A stretch of 32,000 nt of DNA from Trichodesmium erythraeum IMS101. GTDB taxonomy: Bacteria > Cyanobacteriota > Cyanobacteriia > Cyanobacteriales > Microcoleaceae. The translations under genes were made by a program, and so were the position numbers. Below are positions 9,649-18,329 of the stretch, one piece after another; the first letter of the stretch is position 1; every line of letters starts with the position of its first letter. Under the pieces are notes generated by a model that saw only the letters and a list, made by a program, of their open reading frames with translations, was not told the origin of the DNA and did no database searches. The stretch spans positions 5,580,001 through 5,612,000 of the forward strand of contig NC_008312.1 in assembly GCF_000014265.1 (NCBI RefSeq), in the 5' to 3' direction.

Positions 9649-10246
9649 GTGCGACTCGTTGGCTAATAAACTAGGAAACTAGATATAAATGGCCATCCCT
9701 AGTCAATATATGAGGATAACCTCGACTTGTGGATAACTCTTATGTCCTTAGTGGTGAAATTCCACCGCCTTGTTGCTGGGTAGAAAGCATAGGTCACGGA
9801 GTAGAGACTGAACATCAATCTCCGAAGCTGGTCTAAATGCGGACAAAGCTCTAACTATCAAAAGAGTGAGTTTGCTAGCAGAGGCTGAAATGTGGACGAA
9901 CAGGAAGGTAATGAAACTCTCGTTAAAGTTGACCATTCCGAAGATAGCTATGGAATGTAGGGCTTATAGAGTCAGGGGGTCAATGGATGACTATGTAGAA
10001 AAGTAGTCATTAGCAACCATACAGAACCCTCCGGGAGAATTTACCCCGCTAAATCAGTCGTAATAAAAGGCGTAAGGGAACGAGAAAACCTCTCTAAGAC
10101 ACCTAAGAATATAGGTCGAGAACTTAGGAAGCCATTCAAGGTCAATCTACGCATAGGGTTGTAGGTCTTAGGGAGAGTAGGATTGGGTAAAAAAGCATAT
10201 CTATGCAGACGTACCCACTGTTAGACGTAATGTAAAGTAATTAATA

Positions 10247-11990
10247 GTGATGAATAAAGCTAAAACACTAAAAAGAAAGCCTTGTAATTCAAAGCCCTTT
10301 TTAAGCGTGGCATGGGATACAGATGATATAACGTCCCAAGTGAGTGTCAATCCCAATCTCAAGTGGAAAGACGTTAATTGGAAACGGGCCCTGAAGAATG
10401 TATTTAAGTTGCAAAAGTTAATTTACAGAGCATCCAGCCGTGGCAAAATCCTTAAGATGCGCAAAGACCAAAGGCTTCTGAGCAAAAGTTATTACCTAAG
10501 GTTACTAGCTGTTAGGGGTGTGACTCAGGATAATCAAGGGAAGAAAACTGCGGGTGTAGATGGGATGAAAAAACCTTTCTCCAATGCAGGCATTTAACTT
10601 GGTTGACTTATTAAACACAGGCTACCTTAAAGCAAGTCTCACCCTAGAGTCACCGATACCAAAACTAGGTAAAGATGAAAAACGATCGCTAGGCATCCCA
10701 AGGATGTATGATAGGGGGTTACAACCCTTGATTAAGTTTGGTATGGAACCTTTTGAGGGAGGCACATTTTGAACCTAATAGCAAAGTATGTTCTGGGTGC
10801 TGATATATTTAAGTGTTTTGACTGGATATACTATGATGCACTGCTAAGAAAAATTGGTAGAACATCATATAGATAATTAATCAAAAAATGGTTAATGTCT
10901 GGAGTGTTTGACAACAATTAATTTGACCTACTCCTCTTGTTACCCTCCTAATGAAGGGATGGGGTTGGTTAACCAAAGGTAGGGGTTGTCTGACCTCTAA
11001 AGTGCAAACATAGTCCTACACTTTATGGAATAAAGGCTAATGGAATTTGTCGAAAAACTCCCTCTAAAATATTCAAGTGGGAAAACAGACAAAATGAGAT
11101 TAACGACACAGCCTATCCTTAATAGGCTATCCTGATGACTTTGTAATCCTACATGAGGACATCAAAGTAGTGCTACCAGCAAAAGCCTTAATACAGGAAT
11201 GGTTAAACCAAGTAGGATTATATCTAAGACTAGAAAAAACTAAAATTGCCCACACTCTTGAAGAATATGAAGGGAACAAACCCGGATTTGACTTCCTGGG
11301 TTTCAATCTTAGGTAAGGTCAGGTAAAGACAGCTAAAAATGGATATAAAACTTTGATTTAACCATATGCAAAGAGTATGAAAACTTATTATCGGAAACTA
11401 GCAGATATATGTGACTCTTGTATAACTGTACCAGTTGAAGTTTTAATAGCAAAACTAAATTTGGTAATTAGAGGATGGGCTAACTACTACTCAACCATAG
11501 TCAGTAAAAAGGTATTCCATAAAATGGATATGCTTCTATGGAAACCCATAAGGCACTGGGCAAGGTCGTTGGTATCCAAATAAGAACCACACTTGGGTAA
11601 AGAAAAGGTATTTCCTAAAAATTGAGAATGATAACTAGATTCTTGATACCGGCAAATATATGTTAGATAAACACTCAGATGTACATACTTAGTTGGGCAT
11701 ATTAAGTTAATGGGTAATAAAGCTCCCTATGATGGTGACTGGAATTATTGGAGTACCAGAACAGGTAAATATCCAGGGGTAAGGAAAGAAGTCTCAACGC
11801 TGTTAAAACAGCAAAAGAATAAATGCGCATTTTGTGGATGACACTTTTGACCAACGGATATAATTGAGGCTGACCAAATCATTCCTAGGTCTAAAGGCGG
11901 TAACAACACCTATAAAAATCAACAGGTGTTAGACCTAAATTGCCACGACGTTAAGAGTGCCGAGGATTTAAAAGGAGTTAACCATTAGGA
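10247..11990 (+). pseudogene. Decayed intron-encoded RT/maturase in intron 3
   Basis: Track ORFs 10247-10597, 10584-10772 and 11377-11583 each match successive parts of the 7676 IEP (MMNKAKTLKR..KTAGVDGMK; LGIPRMYDRGLQ; IRGWANYYS). They are separated by frameshifts, stops and a small deletion near 10780. The HNH tail carries stops (CAFCG*HF*PTDIIEADQIIPRSKGGNN). Confidence 0.8.
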
Positions 11991-12051
11991 CTCATTAGGT
12001 CTAAGGTGAAATTTTAAGGATGTACCCATGACTTTGGGGCGTTTAGGAGAG

Positions 12052-12086
12052 GAGCCGTGATGAGGTGAAAGTCTCACGTCCGGTTC
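12052..12086 (+). ncRNA. Domain V of intron 3 (aberrant)
   Basis: GAGCCGTGATGAGGTGAAAGTCTCACGTCCGGTTC is 35 nt. Relative to intron 2 it has an extra A in the 5' arm, and CACGCACGG has become CACGTCCGG. By hand pairing this gives a U-C mismatch in the lower helix. Confidence 0.6.
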
Positions 12087-12141
12087 TGAAGACAAGCAGA
12101 CTCTATAAAGGGCAACCGGAAATGGGTTTACTTAGTTTAAC

Positions 12142-12462
12142 TATACACTCTCTATTGCTGATTTAATACTTTGTCTAAAGGCTGGGTATCCAGTAGTTAT
12201 AGGAGTAGCTTATAAGAGTAGCGGACATATAGTTGTAGCAACAGGATTTGATCTGGATAAAGAGCAAGTTTTTGTTCATGATCCTTATGGTATCAGGTAT
12301 GGTGCTAGTAATAATTATGAAATAGGTGCTTATGCTGCGTATGATCCTTATAGTTTTACCCTTCTTGAGCAAATATGGGTTGATATGGGCTCTGAGGCAG
12401 GATGGGGAAGAGTTACTCTTGCTGTAGATAATAAAAAGACTGGTTTGCCTGATAACCTCTAA
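12142..12462 (+). CDS. Exon 4 of 4: C-terminal half of the C39-like peptidase domain
   Basis: YTLSIADLILCLKAGYPVVIGVAYKSSGHIVVATGFDLDKEQVFVHDPYGIRYG...WGRVTLAVDNKKTGLPDNL*. The GH(I/V)VV..G.D and V.DPYG motifs fit the His/Asp half of a C39_2-type papain-like fold. The TAA stop is at 12460-12462. The track shows only an antisense ORF here (12175-12372). Confidence 0.8.
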   Translation, partial: YTLSIADLILCLKAGYPVVIGVAYKSSGHIVVATGFDLDKEQVFVHDPYGIRYGASNNYEIGAYAAYDPYSFTLLEQIWVDMGSEAGWGRVTLAVDNKKTGLPDNL

Positions 12463-12722
12463 AAATAAGCTCTAAAAATAATATTTGCCTTCTAAGGTTA
12501 TTGATGGTTATTGAGCTATTATACTTATCTAAAAATACCAGTTTTTAAGGGGAAATAAGGGTTTGAGAACCTTTTGAAGAAGAAGCCTATTAGGAATTTA
12601 TTTTCTCTAGGCAGAACTTAGGCATAAACTGAGTTATGACGCAAGATTTCGTCATTTGAAAGCTAACTATTTGGGCAGTCAACCCTATTTATTGGTTAGT
12701 TTGCTTAAGTCCTAATCAAATT

Positions 12723-12769
12723 AAATTTATCTACCTGTATTTTCAGGTAGATAAATTTATTTATTTTTT
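12723..12769 (+). terminator. Rho-independent terminator, probably for the intron-containing gene
   Basis: A perfect 15-bp stem, AAATTTATCTACCTG (12723-12737) with CAGGTAGATAAATTT (12744-12758), and a TATTTT loop, followed by the T-rich tract ATTTATTTTTT. Confidence 0.6.
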
Positions 12770-13047
12770 GATGAAAATTAGGATGCTATTGGGCTACAGA
12801 AAAATTAAAAGTTAAAAGTAATTGCTCAATGAATTTTCAGCTTTGAAATGCTACGGGAACAGTATTTTTCAATGTGCTATACCAAGTATTCTTTCCTAAT
12901 AATTCAACAAAGGGACTTGGAATATCACCAAAGATACTACAAACAGTAAAATTATACTCCAAGGAGTAAAAATAAGGCTCAAAAGTAGAGATATTAATGC
13001 TATTCCTGCTGTTACTACTTTGACAATCATATATAGTAATCCGATCA

Positions 13048-13419
13048 TCAATCGCGCTGAATAGCTAATGATTGTAAAATCCCTTCAGTTTCTTCCAGAG
13101 GACTGAGGCCTTCTCTTAATAAATTTTCTCTCAAAGATAATTGGCAGGCATCCTCATCATTGAGAGAGCGGATAACTACAGGGACAGAAGTTAGTCCAGC
13201 TATTTTTGAAGCTCTTAAACGCCTTTCACCTGCAACCAACTCGTATAAATTGTTGTCGGTAGATCGTGCTAATAATGGTTCAAGTACGCCAAACTGAGAA
13301 ATAGAAGTACTGAGTTGACACAGTGTTTCTTCGTCAAAATAAGGATGTGGTTGAGAGGAAGGTAGAACAATTTTAGCTATGGAGTCTCTTTTTGTCCTAT
13401 TGAATCTTGCTTCTGGACA
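13048..13419 (-). pseudogene. ParB N-terminal-domain gene fragment with no usable start and a truncated C-terminus
   Basis: The open minus-strand frame reads ...IAKIVLPSSQPHPYFDEETLCQLSTSISQFGVLEPLLARSTDNNLYELVAGERRLRASKIAGLTSVPVVIRSLNDEDACQLSLRENLLREGLSPLEE... This is the classic ParB box pattern (GERR.RA). The frame opens right after a stop and ends about 120 codons later, without the HTH or dimerisation domains. Confidence 0.6.
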
Positions 13420-13510
13420 TTATGTGATATTTCTGATGCAGAGGTGTGTTTTGTGTCAAGTATAAAGTTGTGGAGGGAATTCGTTGAGTCATTTCTATGA
13501 AGCTTTGGAT

Positions 13511-13795
13511 TTAGAGGAGTTGGATTGAAGAAGACTTAGTTTTTTGAGTAGAGGGTTTTATTTCTATTCCCGCATTAGAAAAGACTTCTTTGAATAATGA
13601 TTCAAACTCAGATGGTGAGGAAGCAGCTATAGAACTCGACGTATAAAAAGCAGTGATGTTTTGTCCAGGAGCATCAGCCAGGCATTGTCTTTGATAGATG
13701 AAAGTTGACAAAGTGGAAATGTCCAATTCTCCTAAAACCTGCTGGGATCCTCTGAGGCGAATCAAGCTATGAAGTCTAAAATTTGGCCAAACATA
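13511..13795 (-). pseudogene. Possible ParA-like C-terminal fragment (tentative)
   Basis: ...TFIYQRQCLADAPGQNITAFYTSSSIAASSPSEFESLFKEVF resembles the C-terminal ..I.qR.a.adA...G........s.aa.E...L..E. region of ParA/Soj ATPases, and it sits directly upstream of the ParB fragment. The upstream part is replaced by the IS relic. Confidence 0.3.
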
Positions 13796-13861
13796 AAATT
13801 CTTTTCAGTTAATAGTTAGGCGATCGCTAGCCAAGAAAAAAGGTTAATCAAGGCAGGAGGA

Positions 13862-14625
13862 GGAATAAAAAAGTCTTTCAGCAAGACAGAAGAGATAATG
13901 TTGACCTTATATTATTTGCATCATGTACCAAAATTTCAGCGACTAGGAGCAATATTTGGAGTTAGCTCATCAACAGCAAATAATATTTTTCAGGATTTGG
14001 ATAGATATTTTGAGGTAATTATTACCATCTAGTTTACTAGAGGAATTCTCGGAAAAAGAAAACGAATATTTATGGATAAAAGAGGCTTTGACAGAAATAG
14101 AATTGATAGTTGATAGTATAGAGCAGGATAGGGAAAAGCAAAAAAAAATGATGATAAACAGAAAAAGTATTATTCAGGAAAGCCAAAAATTTATAGGGTT
14201 AAAAATCAAATAGTAATCACAGAAAAGGCAGAAGAAATTATAGATGTAATAGTAGGAAAAAGAGGTCGAGAAGGTGATATAAAGTTATTCAAAAAAACAC
14301 AAAAAAAAGTTTGATATAGAAGAAATACTTCAAAGAGACAAGGGGTATCAATGTGGTCAAAAAATTAACAAGCTAAACAAAAAAAATAAGCCATAAAATG
14401 CCAGAATAAGTAAAGAAATAGAATCAAAAAAAAGATAAAAAAATAATATTTGTAAGATAAAAAAAATAATATTTGTAGAAAAGATTATAAGACTGATAAA
14501 AATATTTATATTGGCACGAGAAAGATTGAGGTTGAAAGAGACTAATTATGACAAGTAATTTTAAAATATATGATTTAGTAAGATGAATAAGAGGAGAATT
14601 TATATTATTATAAATCATAAGTTTT
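13862..14625 (+). pseudogene. IS5-family (DDE_Tnp_4 / Harbinger-like) transposase pseudogene
   Basis: The plus-strand frames read KKSFSKTEEIMLTLYYLHHVPKFQRLGAIFGVSSSTANNIF..., ...IDS**YRAGQ..., KKYYSGKPKIYRVKNQIVI...GKRGREGDIKLF and ...IIFVEKIIRLIKIFILARERLRLK. They follow the order of DDE_Tnp_4 motifs but are interrupted by many stops and A-run frameshifts. Confidence 0.55.
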
Positions 14626-15811
14626 GCTCTAAAAAAAAGAAATAAATAACCAGATAAACATGGTGAATAATTAACAGTAACTATCTGTAATACTATAAAG
14701 CCCGTAAAAAATGACTATCTGGTGGAGCTGGCGATCGCTCCCCAAAAGATATTTACAGTAAGGGAAGTGATAATTTTTGGAGATGTCTATTAATAATTTT
14801 GACATAGTAACTAAATGCAGCTTCTCTTAAACTGGAAATATAGAAACTTTCATATTTTGTATTGTTTAAACGCCAGGGTATTTGAGCAGGTTCTTTTAGG
14901 TTAATGGATTCAGGAATGACAAGTAAATATTTGATAGGATGTGTCTTTTTAGATTTAATTTATTCAGTTATAACTTTTGATAAAATCAAATAGTGGCAAC
15001 CAATGAGTAAAAACAGAAGAACAAAAGCAGATTTTTTGGGTTCTTAACGTTGATTGTTTTTTGCATTCTATTATGTCGAATGCTTGCACCAGGATATAAC
15101 TAACTAACTAACGATAGGAGTATAACCTTCTATTAATTTATGGTTTTAGGGTTACATAATTTATGACTAAAGTTTTGATTAATATAAGAGTTCAACTGTT
15201 TGTAATAAAGACGAGTTTTTACACCATAAACTTGAAAAAATATTGAGGTTTTGGAATTATTTACCTTTCAGTAATAGACAAAATTGCTGATAAATTACTA
15301 ATTTTATTAATAAACAAAGTAATAAATGAGGGTAAGGTTTTCAGCAATTTAGTTCCTGATGCTTTGTATTTTTTCAGCAATTGTTGTAAAAATTTGTTGT
15401 GTTGTAATAATGTAGTATTTAGTGCTTTATCTACATAAATTTTATTGATTAATTGCAGAGATTAAGGATTTAATACTGTTAATTAAATCAGTTCTATTTT
15501 ATCTACTTAAAATTCTTATTTAAGCAACCAATTTAATACTATTTTTCTTTTCGATTCTAGTTTACAATAACGTTATATGGAGTCAATTTTTATGATATTT
15601 TACCTACTCTTTGAGATGGCTTAGAAAATATTTTTTCGAGTTTTTTTTAGAAATATATAAATTCTTAATAGTGGTATAATTTCAATATCATAATTTTAGA
15701 TAATTGTAGATAAAAATTGAGACATTTTAATAATTATTATGGAGAATCATTGTAATTATAATATATAATATAAATAAAAAAATTATTGGCAACAAATACT
15801 GTCAAAAATAA

Positions 15812-17071
15812 ATGCTTAGAATACACAGATTAGTAGAAATATTTCCACCTATGACTCCAGAGGAATTTGAGAGTCTAAAAAAAAGTATTCATCGTAACGG
15901 TCAACAAGTACCTATTAAAGTTTTAAAGTTAACTAATGAAATTATTGATGGAAGACATCGATACCAAGCTTGTCAAGAATTAAATATTGAACCTTTAATT
16001 GAATGGATTGAAGATGATTTGAAAGAAAAAAGGTTACGCTCTCTAGTTGTTAAACTTAATCTGGATCGGAGGCATTTAACACCTTCTCAAAAAGCTTGGA
16101 TTGCTGCTAGTTTTGCTGATTTAGAAAGAGGACAGTTTCATGGAAATAGATATACTGAAACCTTACATTCTAATATCGGCAATTCTGCCAATACTAAACT
16201 ACCTCTAGGGCAAACTCAATCTGCAATTGCTAAATGGTTTGGTTCATCTGAAAGAGCAATTCGACAAGTAAAAAAAATCAGACGTGAAGCTCCTGAATTC
16301 AATAATTATATATATATGGGAGAGGTGAAAATTGATGATGCTTACTGCTTACTATCTGAAGTTCCAGAAGTGAGGCAGCAGGTATTAAAGAGGTTCAATG
16401 AAGACAAATCTTTGAATAAGAAACCAAAAAAGCTTTGCCAATATAAAAATGACATACTTAAAGAACAAGCTCAGTCTAATATAAAGAAGGCGATCGCTAA
16501 TAACTTTTTAATAGAAATATCAGAATCATTGTTAGTACAATTAGGAGAAACTTGGCAACTTGGTAGACATCAATTAAGTTGCTGTGACTCTTCTACATGG
16601 AATCCTCCTTATGCAAAACTAGCCTTTGCCGACCCACCATATAATTGTGGAATAGCAGAATGGGATTTCCATTTTAAATGGAAGCATGACTGGTTAATCA
16701 ACAAAGCTGATTTAGTGTTAGTCACACCAGGGGATGAATCTTTAGCAGGATTCCTCAAAAAAACTGAGATGCCTTATAGATGTACAATTGCTCACTGGAT
16801 AAAAAATGGTATGAGCAAGGGAGCAATGGGCTATGGTAATCATATATTGGGATTAGTATTTTGTAAGGAATCTACTCCTTACAAAGTTACAGGAGTCAGA
16901 AACCAAAGTTTTTCTACTGGTGTAATTAAATTAGACGAGACTAATGAGACTAGTCATCCTGGCAGAAAACCTTTAGATTTTTTAGTAACTTGGATAGAAA
17001 AGTTAACTAAACCAGGGGATTTTATTATTGATCCGTTTTTAGGCAGTGGTACTACTTTATTTGCAGCATAA
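15812..17071 (+). CDS. ParB/Srx-like N-terminal domain fused to an N6/N4 DNA methyltransferase (beta-class motif order). It ends at an in-frame TAA that cuts off the last 34 ancestral codons.
   Basis: N-terminus: EIFPPMTPEEFESLKKSIHRNGQQVPIKV...IIDGRHRYQACQEL...NLDRRHLTPSQKA (ParB-N/Srx-type). C-terminus: motif IV DPPY at 16631-16642, then HPGRKPLDFLVTWIEKL and motif I DPFLGSGTT at 17030-17056. After the TAA (17069-17071) the same frame continues ATNRTCYRVKMSPKYFTEIIGRW... to the TAA at 17174-17176. Confidence 0.8.
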   Translation: MLRIHRLVEIFPPMTPEEFESLKKSIHRNGQQVPIKVLKLTNEIIDGRHRYQACQELNIEPLIEWIEDDLKEKRLRSLVVKLNLDRRHLTPSQKAWIAASFADLERGQFHGNRYTETLHSNIGNSANTKLPLGQTQSAIAKWFGSSERAIRQVKKIRREAPEFNNYIYMGEVKIDDAYCLLSEVPEVRQQVLKRFNEDKSLNKKPKKLCQYKNDILKEQAQSNIKKAIANNFLIEISESLLVQLGETWQLGRHQLSCCDSSTWNPPYAKLAFADPPYNCGIAEWDFHFKWKHDWLINKADLVLVTPGDESLAGFLKKTEMPYRCTIAHWIKNGMSKGAMGYGNHILGLVFCKESTPYKVTGVRNQSFSTGVIKLDETNETSHPGRKPLDFLVTWIEKLTKPGDFIIDPFLGSGTTLFAA

Positions 17072-17272
17072 GCAACTAACAGAACTTGTTATCGAGTAAA
17101 GATGTCTCCTAAGTATTTTACAGAAATAATAGGTAGATGGTTAGTATCAAATAAAGAAAAATCTGTTAGGATTTAACAAATTAAAGTAATCATGTGCTAG
17201 TGTATTTTTACAACTAAATAAGGACTTCAATCTACTCAACAGAAGGATTTAATTAATAACTTCCATCCTAGA

Positions 17273-18328
17273 ATGGAAGAGTTAATGAGAAAAATACAGG
17301 AAAGCAAAGATAAAGATAACATCAGAGAATGTCTCTTACAAAACAAGCATATTTACGAATATAAAGGTGAAGCTAGTGAAGAAGAAGTATTAGGAGTTGA
17401 TGCAGCTACAGCTTTTTGTGACTATGGAGAAATATCAACGGCTTTAGCTACAGGAGTTGTTTCTTCTACTTCAGAAAATGTCAAACCAGTGTATAAATAT
17501 AAAGCTGTTTATGGTACATCTAGTGAAACTTTTTCTAGGGCAACTAATTACTTAAGATGTTGGTCTGAATTAGCTGCATTAAAATATGCTACAGAACAAG
17601 ACACTTGGGTTTTGTATGATGGGAGCTTTACAAGTATTAATTTTGAAATGGGCAAATGGGCATCTGTAATGCCAAAAGAAGGAGATATATCTCGTGATTT
17701 TGTGGAATCAGAACTACTAACTGACTTATTTGTTGAGTCTATTAAAAGTGAAGATTCGGATTGGTTTACAGTATTTGGAGATAGAAAATTAAATAAGGTA
17801 ATTTCAGTTGGGAAAAGAGGGATTAGTAAATACTACTCAACGAATGTAATTAAAGATTTTGAGATAGAAGATACTGCTTTTCTCCCCTCTGATAAATTTA
17901 TTTTAGGCACAGTTTTGCAAGCTAATGAGTATACAAAATCTTTGTCTTATGAGCAAGTATTTGTCAAATCACATGGCTCAGGAACGCCTGGTTATGGTCA
18001 TCCAGGATTAAAGTCTGAAGACCGTTTTAATTCAATGCAAAATGACGTGGAAAGAACATATAAAAATTTACAAATTTTGCATTTTAAACCCTGGCCTTGG
18101 TCGCCTGTTTTGAAGATAGAATATAATAAGGAACGTTGCGAGTTAAATGATGTATTAGCAGTTATAAAAGGGCAAACTAAGACTCGTTCAATTCTTGAAC
18201 CAATGGCTTTGTATTTAGCGGATTTATTAGCTAAACAAACTCAATCAGTAATGAATTTTTATGGTGATATAAATACTCGCCGTTATCCTAAACTATTTTC
18301 AGCATATCGAACATCAAAAAGAGGTTAA
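17273..18328 (+). CDS. NurA-like nuclease (tentative family assignment)
   Basis: 351 aa. The ordered acidic motifs resemble the NurA RNase-H-like fold: LGVDAAT, RCWSELAAL, WVLYDGSFTS and the C-terminal EPMALYLADLLAK. Its stop is 1 nt before the start of the HerA-like gene, the usual nurA-herA arrangement. Confidence 0.55.
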   Translation: MEELMRKIQESKDKDNIRECLLQNKHIYEYKGEASEEEVLGVDAATAFCDYGEISTALATGVVSSTSENVKPVYKYKAVYGTSSETFSRATNYLRCWSELAALKYATEQDTWVLYDGSFTSINFEMGKWASVMPKEGDISRDFVESELLTDLFVESIKSEDSDWFTVFGDRKLNKVISVGKRGISKYYSTNVIKDFEIEDTAFLPSDKFILGTVLQANEYTKSLSYEQVFVKSHGSGTPGYGHPGLKSEDRFNSMQNDVERTYKNLQILHFKPWPWSPVLKIEYNKERCELNDVLAVIKGQTKTRSILEPMALYLADLLAKQTQSVMNFYGDINTRRYPKLFSAYRTSKRG

Positions 18329-18329
18329 A

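Larger units (their letters stand above)
9649..12141 (+). mobile_element. Group II intron 3 (2493 nt) with a heavily decayed IEP and an aberrant domain V/VI region
   Basis: GTGCGACTCGTTGGCTAA at the 5' end. It is homologous to introns 1 and 2 through domains I-III. The IEP is broken into short ORFs. The 3' end ...CTTAGTTTAAC finishes at 12141. Removal is in frame. Confidence 0.85.

Noticed and set aside
4671-12141. Three large direct repeats. I asked whether they could be a CRISPR-like or tandem array, or a segmental duplication.
   Set aside because: The units are 1.5-2.5 kb, begin with GUGCG, contain domain V and RT/maturase sequence, and are separated by in-frame exon sequence. They are group II introns. 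No short regularly spaced repeats occur anywhere in the window.
12175-12372. Minus-strand ORF of 65 aa, the only track ORF over exon 4
   Set aside because: The plus strand here encodes the conserved GHIVVATGFD...HDPYG peptidase segment in frame with exons 1-3. The antisense ORF is low-complexity.
14424-14618. Minus-strand ORF of 64 aa (YKYFYQSYNLFYKYYFFY...)
   Set aside because: It is a low-complexity translation of A/T runs, antisense to the IS5-like transposase relic.
14770-14960. About 62 stop-free codons on the minus strand (KKTHPIKYLLVIPESINLKEPAQIPWRLNNTKYESFYISSLREAAFSYYVKIINRHLQKL)
   Set aside because: It has no start codon and no family I can recognise. It may be another gene fragment, but I cannot support a call.
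15672-15680. Extended -10-like TGGTATAAT about 130 nt upstream of the methyltransferase start
   Set aside because: In a region this AT-rich, TATAAT-like strings are frequent (several occur within 150 nt). Sequence alone is not enough to call a promoter.
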